A DNA stretch of 64,000 nt. Origin: Octopus vulgaris (lineage: Eukaryota). This document shows, piece after piece, positions 52,337-64,000 of this stretch. The notes under the pieces were generated by a model, which saw only the letters and a list, made by a program, of their open reading frames with translations, did not search any database and was not told where the DNA came from. Within the stretch, counting starts at the first letter, position 1. The number at the start of each line of letters is the position of its first letter. The stretch spans positions 20,398,001 through 20,462,000 of the forward strand of contig OX597821.1 in the NCBI GenBank assembly GCA_951406725.2, in the 5' to 3' direction. Made by a program: the position numbers and the translations under genes.

Positions 52337-54978
52337 AGGGAGAGTTTACGAAAAAGACAAAAGACGAAGACAGATGGTGTACAAAACAAACAGATGTATT
52401 AGTAAAACGCTCAGGAATAGAAAAAGTATTTTACGTTTCGAGCCTACGCTCTTCTACAGAAAGGGACAAAGAAAAATGAAGGAGAGAAACAAGGAGAGAA
52501 AAAAATGTGCTTTAGTGGCTAACGATCTCTCATGGCGACAAGTGCCGGACAGAAGGGTCACACACGAGAAGGAAAGTAGGGGAGATAACAAGGTAAAGAT
52601 GACCCCCTCACGATTGTGCGTGTGTGTATAAAAGAGTATGTATGTGCGTGTGAAAGAGGGCTGTATGTATGTGTATGTATGTGTAGGCTGTACGTGTGCG
52701 TGTATGTATGTGTAGGTGTGAAAATGTGTGAGTGGGTGGTTGGGTGGAGTGTTGTGATGTGACGTGTAATGTTGTATGGTGTAGTGTGATATTGTTGGGA
52801 GGTGGGGGAGGCGAGAATGGTGAAAGCACGTGTGGGGTGTAGGTTCGGCTGAGGGTTGGGCTTTGTGGCTGGCGGTAGATGTGGGGTATGTGGGGGAGGG
52901 TTGTAGGATAGGATGGTGGGGTGGGATGGGGGATGGGGGATGGGATGGGGGATGGGAAGGATAGGGAAGGTGGAGTAGGGATGTGTAGGGGTGGGTGGGC
53001 TTATGGGAGTGGGGAAGGTGGGTATGTGATGGTAGAGAGGAGGAGAGAAGAGAGAAAGAGAGGGTGAAAAAGTAGGAGAGAAGAGAGAAAGAGAGACAGA
53101 GAGTAAAAGAGAAGAGAGAAAGAGAATAGGGGTGAAGAGAAGTAGCAGTGAAGAGAAGTAGGAGAGATTGGGAGGGAGGGGGACAGAGGAGAGACGGAGA
53201 GTGAGGGAGCAGAGAGAAAGAGAGACGAGAGAAAGAGTGTAAGAGAGAAGAGGGAAAGAGAGTAGGGGTGAAAAGATGTAGGAGTGAAGAGAAGTAGGAG
53301 TCGGGGAGGAGGTTAGATGAGGAGGGGAGGAGAGTTGAGCCCAAATTTCGTAAAAGAGCAAAGAGAGAAGATTAATGCCTGTTCACGGCGCAGGAATTGG
53401 GAATAGGGGATGGAAAGCTCGGTGTGTTTGGGGTGGGAGGAGGAGAAGTTTAGGTTTGAATGTGAGTCTGTGTGTTTGTAGTGGATGGAGGTGGTAAGAG
53501 TGGAGTGATGAAAGCGGACCGAAATGTCAAGAAAGGCCACAGAGGTGTCAGAGATAGTGCATGCGAAGCGGAGGGCAGGATGGAAAGATTTGACGAAAGA
53601 GAGGAATGAGTCTACATGTTCGCGGGAGAGTGAGGTGGCACCGATACAGTCGTCAATATAACGGCCATGTAGTTCGGGAGTGGGACCAGTGGAACTAGAG
53701 AATATTTGGGCCTCAAGATAGCCAACGAACAGGTTCGCATAGTTGGGGCCCATTCTCGTTCCCATGGCCATTCCCGAGACTTGCTGGTAGAACTCGCCCG
53801 TGAACGAGAAGCAGTTGAGGACAAGTTCGGCCAGACGAACGAATGTGGAGGTGTCGGGTTGGGGATTGGCTCGGAGATCGATGAGGTATTTCAGCGCACG
53901 CAGCCCCTCGTGGTGAGGGATCACAGTGTAGAGTCTCTGGATGTCTATTGTAAAGAGATATTTGGAGGAGCCAGGAGGGAAGGAGAAAGAGTTGAAAAGA
54001 CGAAGAGCATGGTTGGTGTCATGGATGTGAGAAGGAAGAGAAGCCACTAGGAGGGGGGAAGGACACGGTCGAGATATTTGGAGATAAGCTCGGTGGAGCA
54101 GTTACAGGCGGAGACGATGTGGCGGCCAGGGTTGTTGGGTTTGTGGATTTGGGGAAGGAAGTAAATGGTGGGAGTGCAGGGGGTTCGGACAATGAGGTTG
54201 GATGCGATGTGGGGGGCGGGAGGACGAGATGAGGTCGTGGATGGTAGAGGAGACCGTCTGTTGGTAGCTGGGCGTGGGGTCAGAGGACAGATGGCAGTAG
54301 AAGGAGGTTTCATGGGGTTGGCAGAGAGCTTCGGCCTTGTAAAAGTCCGCGCGCCATACCACCACAGCTCCACTCTTGTCGGCCGGTTTAATAACGATGT
54401 CAGTGCGCCGTCGGAGGGAACGAAGAGCCGAGAGTTCGGCTGGGAGATGTTGAGACGACGGGAACGCTTGGAGAAGTTGAACCGCTCCAAAGCGCGCTGA
54501 CAGGCACCCGCAAAAAGATCCACTGCTTCGAACTGGCCAGGAGCAGGCATCTACTGGGATGGTCGGCGGCCCAGGTCAGTGAAGCAGTCCTCCTCATTTG
54601 ATGAGGGTGGAGTATCGCGAAAAGTGCACAAAACCTGACGCGGCGCACAAAGCTGTGGATATCAGCGCGAGTCTGAAATTCCTTACAGGATGGAGTGAGG
54701 GGGATGAAACGCAGACCCCTACTGAGGATGGAGCGCTCCGCCACAGAGAGGGGAAGATCTGGGGGAATGGTAACAACAGACTGAAGTGGAGAAGGGTTAG
54801 ATGTAATAGAAGTAGGGTGGATAGGGTGGAGGTAAGAGGGGTAGTAGAGTTGGTGGAAGCTGGGGAAGGGGTGGGGATGTGTGAGGGGTTTTGGAGGGAC
54901 AGTGGGTTCGTTGGGGGTGGGTGGAGCCTATCAGGGAGGGAAAAGGGTAGTGCAGGAGTTGGGGTAGTGGTATCGGGT
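52337..54978 (-). mobile_element. Penelope-like retroelement with RT (frameshifted) and internally deleted endonuclease
   Basis: [73 protein letters not shown]; C/T-rich UTR and tail as in 12890-13785; (TA)n on both sides. Confidence 0.95.
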
Positions 54979-55209
54979 ACACATATACATATATATATAT
55001 ACAAACATACATATATACACATACATACATATATATATATATACATACATATACTTACATATATATATACATATATATAGACACACATATATATATACAT
55101 ATATATGCAAATATATATATACATATATATATATCTATACATGTATACATGCATATGTATATATATATATATATACATATATACAGCATATATATATATA
55201 TATTACATA

Positions 55210-55240
<31 letters not shown>

Positions 55241-55278
55241 CTATACATGTATACATATATATATATGTATATATGTAT

Positions 55279-55314
<36 letters not shown>

Positions 55315-55446
55315 TAATAAAAGGAATTCCAACCTTGTCTGATTTTCACGTTTTATTTACAATCTTATAATGATATATTATAAGATAATATATTATAATT
55401 GAATAAGATAAAATGAAATAGTAGAATGTAAAATGTTCATTCTGAT

Positions 55447-55491
55447 TGAACTAGTACTTTCATGCATTGAATTCTGCAATCTTCGGGTTCA
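55447..55491 (-). ncRNA. Minimal hammerhead-like motif (core CCGAAGA) inside a (TA)n-flanked element at about 55315-56203
   Basis: TGAAC-CCGAAGA-TTGCA gaattcaa TGCAT-GAAAG-TA-CTA-GTTCA. Confidence 0.7.
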
Positions 55492-56203
55492 TGTAGTAGT
55501 GTTGACAGTCATGCTTCACAATTTTTGACTGTAGCAAGATGATTGATTCTGTGCTATAAATACAGCTGGGTAGGCTCCAGAGTGCTAGGTTTTGCAAACT
55601 GTATTCTGACCAATCAGTGTGTAGTATCACTCAATTATTTAAGCTGATTGGTTGGTTGAGCTGATTGGTTTTGGCATCACGCTTTGTTGGACATGTCAAG
55701 AGTCCTGTATCTTGACCCTGGCCGAAGCAGCAATTGTTGGGTTATTTTTAGAAATGTTGTAAATATCCTTTGTCGGAGATTTTTATATTTTTATATTTCA
55801 ATTGTCATCATCATCATTGTCAGCACCTTAATTATTGTTGCTAATGGTGATGGTGGTAGCAATAGAACTTTTAACCCTAAATAAGATAATTTTCCTGCTA
55901 TCTTCATCTTGATCACCTTTAGTATTTTTGTTGTTGTTAGTGGTCATGGTCGTAGCAGTGGAAGTAATACCTCTAAGTATTATTATTATTGCTTATTTAG
56001 CTTGGGTTCGAATTTATCAATAAAATTCTTTTCTCTGATTCTCCTCTCGATTTCACTTGGATTGTGTAATTTGTAGAACGGAAATATTATATACATTTTC
56101 CGGCCACATGTTGCTAGGTGGTTACTCAAAGGTATCTGACGGACCTCTGGGTCTCTAATCTGTTGCCGGTGTACACGTGAGCGTTCTAATAGTGCGTTTC
56201 CCG

Positions 56204-56234
<31 letters not shown>

Positions 56235-56235
<1 letters not shown>

Positions 56236-56617
56236 GGCGCAGGAGTGGCTGTGTGGTAAGTAGCTTGCTACGCAACTACATGGTTCCGGGTTCAGTCCCA
56301 CTGCGTGTCATCTTGGGCAAGTGTCTTCTGCTATAGCCCCGTTCCGACCAATGCCTTGTGAGTGGATTTGGTAGACAGAAACTGAAAGAAGCCTGTCGTA
56401 TATATGTATATATATATATGTATGCGTGTGTTTGGTTGTGTGTCTGTGTTTGTCCCCCTAGCATTGCTTGACAACCGATGCTGGTGTGTTTACGTCCCCG
56501 TCACTCAGCGGTTCGGCAAAAGAGACCGATAGAATAAGTACTGGCCTTCCAAAGACTAAAGGTGGTGTTTCAACATAGCCGCAGTCAAATGACTGAAACA
56601 AGAAAAAGAGTAAAAGA

Positions 56618-56619
<2 letters not shown>
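56235..56619 (+). mobile_element. SINE family B with small internal deletion
   Basis: Head and tail present; lacks the GTCCCGGGGTCGATTTGCTC segment. Confidence 0.9.
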
Positions 56620-56682
<63 letters not shown>

Positions 56683-56890
56683 TTGAAGTAGATAAATGAA
56701 TTATCTAATCACGGATAATTCAAAAGATAACCGACTCCTGGGTAGCAAAAATCACAACAGAAAAAGCACGGTTGAGGTTACGACCCTGGGGCCTAAAATC
56801 CGTGCCTTAGTGCGGAAATTTGAAGTTTTATATATTTAGTGTAGGAAGAAATGGAGCTGAACGAAGATTTAACAAAATTCCTTTTTATTA

Positions 56891-56974
56891 TTTTCTACAT
56901 ATGTTTCAAAGGCTGCAACGTCCCTAATTCGGATTGAATAAGGAGTCCATTTTGCAGCCTTTTCTTCGGGTAAA
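56891..56974 (-). ncRNA. Hammerhead-like motif with long stem II inside an element at about 56678-57748
   Basis: TTTAC-CCGAAGA-AAAGGCTGCAA...TTGCAGCCTTT-GAAAC-ATAT-GTA-GAAAA. Confidence 0.7.
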
Positions 56975-57764
56975 TCCAGGAACTTAATTCTCCAACAAAA
57001 TGCACAGCAAGCTTTTCGACAAACGCTCACGAGGAGCCCATGGAATAAATGGCACAAACTGTTTATCAATATGCGTTGACGCCAGGCTGGGTGAAAGCCG
57101 ACGAGAAAGTCCGTTGAGATAATTCAAGGTCAAAATCCGGTTAACAGAAGGGGAGTACAGGAAAATCAAAGAGTGTGAATGTATTCTGTATGAGTGGTGT
57201 TAATATTTGAATTGTTTTAAGAATGAGTGCTAGAGTGTTTGAGTGTGAGAAATTGCTTTCATGTATGTGTGTGTGCGTCTATATATGTGTGGCAGTGTGT
57301 TTAGAAGGCAGCAAGGGAGAGAGATATAGCTGGTATTAATGGTCAAGCAACAGAAAAGACTGTGTCTGTGTGTTCGTCTGTAACCAGTTGATAGAGAGAG
57401 GGGGGGTGTCAACAATGGTCATGGCAGTATACAGTGCTGCTGACAGGGATGTCAGCAGTTCTAGACAACTAGGAGTTCTTACACTAACAGGGGAGTGATA
57501 TCCCCTTACAAATTTAATTCAAATTTTTTTCATTTTCTTAGGAAATCAAGGGGTTAACTATATTAGACTTCAATGGTATGAGAGAAATGTATGCCGTTTC
57601 CAGTGTGGGCATCTGAAAGTATTTTGCACAATCGAGTTAACAAGGTGCCCTCGGGCGAACAGAATATGAAAGAGTTCCGAGTTACAAAGAGCACATATTT
57701 TTTTGCCATTATCAAACGGTAAAGACACCGATTTCCTACACTAAATATATATATATATATATAT

Positions 57765-58279
57765 ACATAGTCAAAATGCGATAAAATAAATTATTATCGC
57801 CGGTGATCTAGCACAAAAGACATTTTAGCCATAGGCCATATGTTATTCATATATAAGTACATTAAAAGGCTTCCAGAAGAAGAAGTGAGTACTAGATACA
57901 CAAAAGTTGGATAAATTTAGTGAAAGGAAAATTAAAAACCTTTACAAACTCGGTTCATCTTATCCTGCAGTTTCGTCTTTTTCATCATTAAATGTAATTT
58001 ATTGCTCAGGCAGATTCATCAGTAAGACGCCTGTTATTCAAGAGTCGCATATCAATAGAAGCATGTGCGTCTCTACTAATTTGCTATCTCTAACTTTTCA
58101 GATCATTGCGCAGACGCAGAACGTACCCGACAAACAAAGGGGGTTCTGGTATATTGTCTAACGGTCAAAATTTATCGAGAAATACGTAAACATAGTCAAA
58201 ATGCGATAAAATAAATTATTATCGCCGGTGATCTAGCACAAAAGACATTTAAGCCATTTATCCAACTTTTGTGTATCTA
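57765..58279 (-). mobile_element. Retrozyme/pLTR-like unit: 425-bp period, 67-bp terminal direct repeat, 24-bp inverted end, internal hammerhead
   Basis: 57766-57832 equals 58191-58257 with one mismatch; 57893-57916 is the reverse complement of 58256-58279; (TA)n on both sides. Confidence 0.8.
57956..58029 (-). ncRNA. Hammerhead-like motif with cleavage triplet apparently mutated (GGA)
   Basis: CGTCTTA-CTGATGA-ATCT...AGAC-GAAAC-TGCA-GGA-TAAGATG. Confidence 0.7.
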
Positions 58280-58302
58280 TATATATATATATATATATAT
58301 AT

Positions 58303-59400
58303 GAGGTTAAAAATAATCCTTTTCTATAATGTTATTCAATAAAGCCACTTTATGCTTCAATAATTGCTTCTATGTAAGATCTTAGTCATTTACATGCTCA
58401 AATCAAGTGGTCCTGGTTCATTTCGGGCATTACTTTGACTATTGCATCTATGGTTTTATGGGCGTGTTCATTGACCTCAGCAACGCTTCACATGTAATAG
58501 TCCAATGGATTGACATCTGGTGAATTAGGATGCAAAAAATGTTAGTGGTTATGTGATCATGAAAATTTTCAACCATCCATTCCTATGTTACTAGAACCAT
58601 GTGTGATAGTGCAGAGTCTTACTGAAGCACATATGGTCTTCCACTGCATACACTGTCTATCTAAGGTTAACAATTATTTCCAGGACAATGTAGGTGGCAA
58701 AGCTAACTCTAACTGGAAAGAAGTAAGGAAGCATAACAGGTCCTTCATTGCTGGAAACCCCTAAAACCATGGCAGTTGCAGGAAATTTTATATGCATAAC
58801 ACTTGGAACTTCAGAAGGGTCTGCACATAACCATCTGTTGTTTCTTCTGTTTACTTTTTGATCTTGGTGGACGTTTTTCGCGTTTGAAAAAAAAATCAAA
58901 TCTTCTGGAGTTTTCGGTTTGTTTAAGAGCCTTTTAGATCTGATGTAGTGATTTTCTTTTGGATTTTCAGACAATGTGACCGCCTTTCCTCATCATATAA
59001 GATGAAGATGTATATCTCATGTCTTCGTTGACATCATTACTGACTGTTCCTTCTGAAACATGAGGATCTTTTGCAATTGACCTCATGGATTTTCTCTAGC
59101 TCCCTACAAACTTTGTAGTCGAAAGATATGGCAACTTTTAAAATAGAAGATAGTTCTAAATCGCTCTGCTCAATCTTTATAAGCCGAATAACAGCATGCC
59201 TCTTTATTTCTTGAGTAAGCTGAAAGTCTGACACAATCATTTTCTGAAACAAAGATTATACAAAGTTAGAAAAAATGCAGCAATGACCCAGAAAAAAGTA
59301 TGTCCTCAAATACATTTCACACCATGTACAATGATGGAACTTAACCCCCAATGGAATGAAAATATTTGATTGGTGTAAAATAGTGTATGTCCTTATGATC
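58303..59400 (-). mobile_element. Decayed Tc1/mariner transposon (maT/DD37D-like)
   Basis: IFFSNAKNVHQDQKVNRRNNRWLCADPSEVPSVMHIKFPATAMVLGVSSNEG, QDSALSH relic, HPNSPDVNPLDYY; N-terminal LTQEIKRHAVI. Confidence 0.88.
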
Positions 59401-59769
59401 AGAATATCTGGCAAATCATTATGTGTTGACCGAGGAAGCATCCGCAGTAGATATATTCAAATATATAATTATTGTGTGTAATCTTAATTAAAATTATATG
59501 AAAATGAAAATTGTAACTTAATGATGATATGCTGCGTAGAAAAAAAATCTAGCGATTAATTGATGAGGCCTACGAAATTCAGTCCTCGTGATATTATTGA
59601 GATTATTAGATTTATCCAAAGCTGAAACGACTTCCAATTTATACTCACACAATTGGATCACTACGGGAGATGGAATTTATATGTGGTAGCCGAGAAAAAT
59701 CTTAAGAGATTTTAAGAGCGCTTTACGAAGATTTAATCCAAGTTAAATTAAACGGATACATATAGCTAA

Positions 59770-59970
59770 GAGGGCGTACTGAAAATTTCCTGACCTCGGG
59801 TGAAAGAAAATACAGGAGGATCCGTCAAATGCGATTTTGTCCATAATATTATCCTCTCAGATTCAGTGAGTCTTTATGTTTTCTAAAACCTGTAAAAGAA
59901 CTCGGAACTTTGAGCCTCCAAACAGGCTTTTCGTGGGAACCTTAAAGCCAGGAACTTTTCAGCACCTCTC
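59770..59970. mobile_element. Mariner-type MITE
   Basis: Imperfect TIRs GAGGGCGTACTGAAAATTTCCTG and CAGGAACTTTTCAGCACCTCTC; 200 bp; non-coding. Confidence 0.7.
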
Positions 59971-60821
59971 GGATGTATGTATGTATGAATGTATGTATAT
60001 ATGTATGTGTGTATGTATATTTTTACAGAAAGAGAGAGAGAGAGAGAGAGAGCGAGAGAAAGACAGCAACAGAGACAGAAACAGACGGACAGACAGACAG
60101 AAAGTGAGTGATTATAATTCTGACATCTTAGCGAAAATGCTAGCGTATAATAAATACAAGATACTGAAAGTTAAATACTTCTAAACTAAGTGAACATATA
60201 TGAAGTGTACGTGTAGATAAATACATGCAAATACTGCAAGATGTAAAATTACTGGAAGAGATAAAACATGATTTGACCTAATCAATTAGCAAATTGAATT
60301 TAATTAATCAACTACATTTGTAAATTATTAAATACATTTATAAAGGGAAATTAGTTCAAATAAAATTGCCGAAACTTCAAAGATCCCCCAACTATATAAG
60401 TGTTTAATGATTACAGGTAAATGTTTACTTGGTAATTATATTTTATTAGAAGCATTTACCTTCAGGCTATGTTGTTACAACGCCAGAAAACATTGACATG
60501 TAATTGGCAATAAAGTATAACGTTTATGTGTGTGTATATACATATATACACACACTCACGTAAATATACACAAAGATATATATATATATATATACATATT
60601 AATGCATATATATATACATGTAAATATATATGTATATATGTATACACACATATTAATGCATATATATATACATATATGCATATATACATACACACACACA
60701 CATATATATAGTTATATCTATATAGTCATATACATATATATGTGTGTGTGCGTGTGTGTATATAGGAATAAAGAAAGACTGAGAGATAGAGAGTGTGTTA
60801 GAGATATATATGTATATTACA

Positions 60822-60853
<32 letters not shown>

Positions 60854-62319
60854 ATGCGATATACCTCCAATCTGAGGGGGGAGATGGAATGAAAGTGGTG
60901 GAGAGACAGAGAAAGAGACGGAGAGAGAGCTGATTTAAAATTAAGAGAGAATATGGGAGACATTAAAACTTCTTGAACTATAAAACGAATTATATGTTAG
61001 CTTTGACAGAATAGGAAACCATCAAATGAAATTAAAATTAATGACGATGAAGTAGTTTCTGCAGTCGTTTATGATGATGATGATGACGTTTTTATTTGCG
61101 ATGGTGCTATTGATGTTGATTATGATAATGAAAGGGAGAAGGAAGCACACATGCAAGCGATAAATCACACACATATATATATATATATATTATACACACA
61201 CATATATTTGTACATGTAAATGTGTGTGTGTGTGTGTGTAATATGGAACATGCAAACTGCTACAAAAATATACACCTGTATCTATTGAATATTTTGTCAT
61301 TTTAAATACAGAATCAAACATCTCTCTGTTACAAATATTTTAGAGCGACGCTTGCCCTTATTGACAAATGTATCACAATATATGCACAGAATATATAGAA
61401 ATATAATATATCAACCCCGAACGAAGTGAAGATTTGAATCAGTAGGGTTGCTGTTCAGGAAGATAAAGCATCAAGACTAAAAAGTATTCTATATTTGCTT
61501 CGGATACAGAGACAGAAAAATGTAAATGTAAATGAATAAATAAAGACATGAACTGTAAATAAAAAAAAACTCTATTTAACATCACGCATTTCAAATTTCA
61601 GAGCGAAATACTAAACTACGCAGAAATGCTTTGATTGAACCTCATTCTAAATTATATAAACTGCGAATTATGCAAAGATCCAGCAACCGGTTTGTTAAAT
61701 ATTAATTTTTTTTTTTTTTTTACTTTAATACGGGTATAATATTTGAGTGCATGATGATTGTGATGCTGAGATCCTTTATATACTCCAGAAAAATGTTTTA
61801 ACGCGGTCTTTTGCTCTGTTGAATCTGTTTTTTGAAGACGGTTGTTGGTCTGATAAATATTATTATATTCCGACGTTGATAGAAAGTTTCTGTCTGGCAC
61901 TGTACAACTCTCAGTCGTATAGTGTTATTCTCCTCAAAAGATTGGAGCCTTATAACGTCCACTCAGGATCACTGCATGATTACTATATCAGCACTGGCAC
62001 GGCTATCAACACAGACTAAACGTACTCTCGACTTTCTCTACCCTCAACCTCCTCCTGTCGATCCGAGTTTTGACTTTAAGAGTCCCTCCTAGCGTATGGC
62101 ATTTATGTATAATAATGCCCTCTATATAATATAAAGAAATAGACTTAAGGGGAAAAATTTGATAGTTTTTTTCTCTTATGGGATTTTTCACGCTCTACTT
62201 GATAAATTCTTATGAAGATTTTATCCTATTTTTGAATTGTAAATATATACACACATATATATATATACGCATATATAGTTAAATTTTATACACACACACA
62301 CAAAAACACACATCTGTAT

Positions 62320-62387
<68 letters not shown>

Positions 62388-62905
62388 AAACACTCTTTAT
62401 AATCCACCTATGTCTGCTTAAGTATTGGTAGCATATGGTGATGTATTATATTGTTTGCATTGTTGTCACTTGGGCCCCCAGTAAATAATTCTTCTTCTTC
62501 TTTATTATTGCTATTGTTTTTGTTGTTGTTGTTTTTGCTGTTGTTGTCGATGTTGTTGTTCTTGTTATTCACACTTTATATTTGTTGCTGTTATATATTT
62601 TTTCTTCGTAGTTCTTGATTATATTTAATTTTCTTTTCGTTCTATATGATATATCTGTTTTAAGAGAAACAAACATATTGTAGGCATACTGGCATCTAGA
62701 CTTGTTAAATGGGAAGTTTCACCTATGAATAATTCATCGGTAGTTAAATTATTGATGAAAAAGAAAACATAAGTAGAAACAAACTGAACATCGACATCAA
62801 ATAAAAGAGAAACTGGAGATTCAAAGTAATTCGTGCCGCAAATAAATAACTTAAAATGAAAACACACGAAAGTAGTACAACAAAAGAAAATTAACCAAAA
62901 TACGA

Positions 62906-63060
62906 TATATATAAGTGGCAATTTCTGTCTGTCTGTTGCCATCTTAGTGCCTAAACCAGCGAACCAATATTCATGAAATTTTGCATATATGTTACACTAA
63001 TACATACCCAGCCCAATAATAGGTTAATTGGAAGTCTATATAAATCTTTACTGTATTCTC
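62906..63060 (+). mobile_element. Possible 5' end of a non-autonomous Helitron
   Basis: TATATATAAG..(CTGT)n...GAACCAATATTCATGAAATTTTGCA layout; no 3' hairpin identified. Confidence 0.35.
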
Positions 63061-64000
63061 CACGAGCGTAGAACTAATCATATGAAAAAATGAGGAGGTT
63101 CAAAACGTATTAGAGGAATAGGTAATAGCAGAGTGAGGGTGACTCATATCAGTGATGTGCAGAGAAGTGGTGGCAATGGGATGTTGACATTAATAGAGCT
63201 GCCATATACACGTGACGTTGCATAATACTTTTGTAAATTCATAGATACAACATAGAAACAAAGAAACCCCCACACACACACTCACGCACACACGGACACA
63301 AATACGCATACACACACAAAGGTGTGTTTGAGGAGTACGTAGCTTTAAGGAGACAGGAAGTAGGTGGCTTTTCTGCTGTCCGTCGCAAAGAACCACTCCC
63401 ACACAGACGCACATGCATACATAAATGTACATTAGTACAAACATGCATATGTCTACTATAACAATTTTAAACTCGTGATTACTTGAGTGTACGCTTCTGA
63501 ATTTGTGTGTGTGTGTGTGACGTCTGATTCTATATTTTGTGTATATTTCGTGGGGTCTTCCCTGTTACTGTTTCATATTGCGAGATTTTAAAATTATGTT
63601 AAAAATTACAAATTTTGTTTATTGAAATAATTTTCCACGTTACATTGGCTTTTGTTAATCATTTGTTTCTAACATCCAGTTGAAGTATAGGCGAATTGAA
63701 TCTCAGTAAAAATCTATAATGGGCACCCTGGAGCGGTGGGATGTAACACGTTTAAAAATCATCTACGATAAGCTACGACACGCAACAACGCCAGCTACAA
63801 TACGCGGAATATTTCTCAATGTATTTGTAAATCTATCTATTTAATTTCGAATAGTCTGTAATAGCAATAAACTATTACCATAAACGACGGGTTGGGTATA
63901 ATACGGGAACTGAACAGGAAACCTGATAGAACATGGAACAGTATAATGGTAAACGGGAAGTGGGGATAATTCGCGCTTTCTCGGTGTTTTTTCTCGGAAA

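Noticed and set aside
52426-52463. Hammerhead in the tail of the 52337 Penelope copy
   Set aside because: GAAACGTA and a GAGC/GCTC hairpin are present, but the CTGA core reads GTAGA and stem I is absent.

Overview
This is AT-rich, microsatellite-dense eukaryotic DNA with no recognisable host protein-coding gene. Nearly all listed ORFs are translations of (TA)n, (CA)n, (TAG)n or (ATC)n repeats. The SINE, Penelope and microsatellite mix looks like an Octopus (coleoid cephalopod) intron or intergenic region; that assignment is inference. The window holds at least four tRNA-derived SINE families (about 16 copies, several with target-site duplications), decayed Penelope-like elements (RT and GIY-YIG), a decayed Helitron RepHel plus a non-autonomous Helitron, two Tc1/mariner (maT-like) relics, a MITE and a CR1/L2-group LINE 3' end. 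Main signals: (1) a U6 snRNA head fused to a LINE-type 3' tail that is also used by the dominant SINE and by the LINE relic in this window, a candidate U6-derived SINE; (2) about a dozen type I hammerhead-ribozyme-like motifs from different families, mostly in short non-coding elements sitting in (TA)n tracts, including two long fold-backs and a 425-bp terminally redundant retrozyme-like unit; (3) a 1.02-kb tandem duplication whose middle SINE is a visible recombinant. All calls were made by eye, without database searches.
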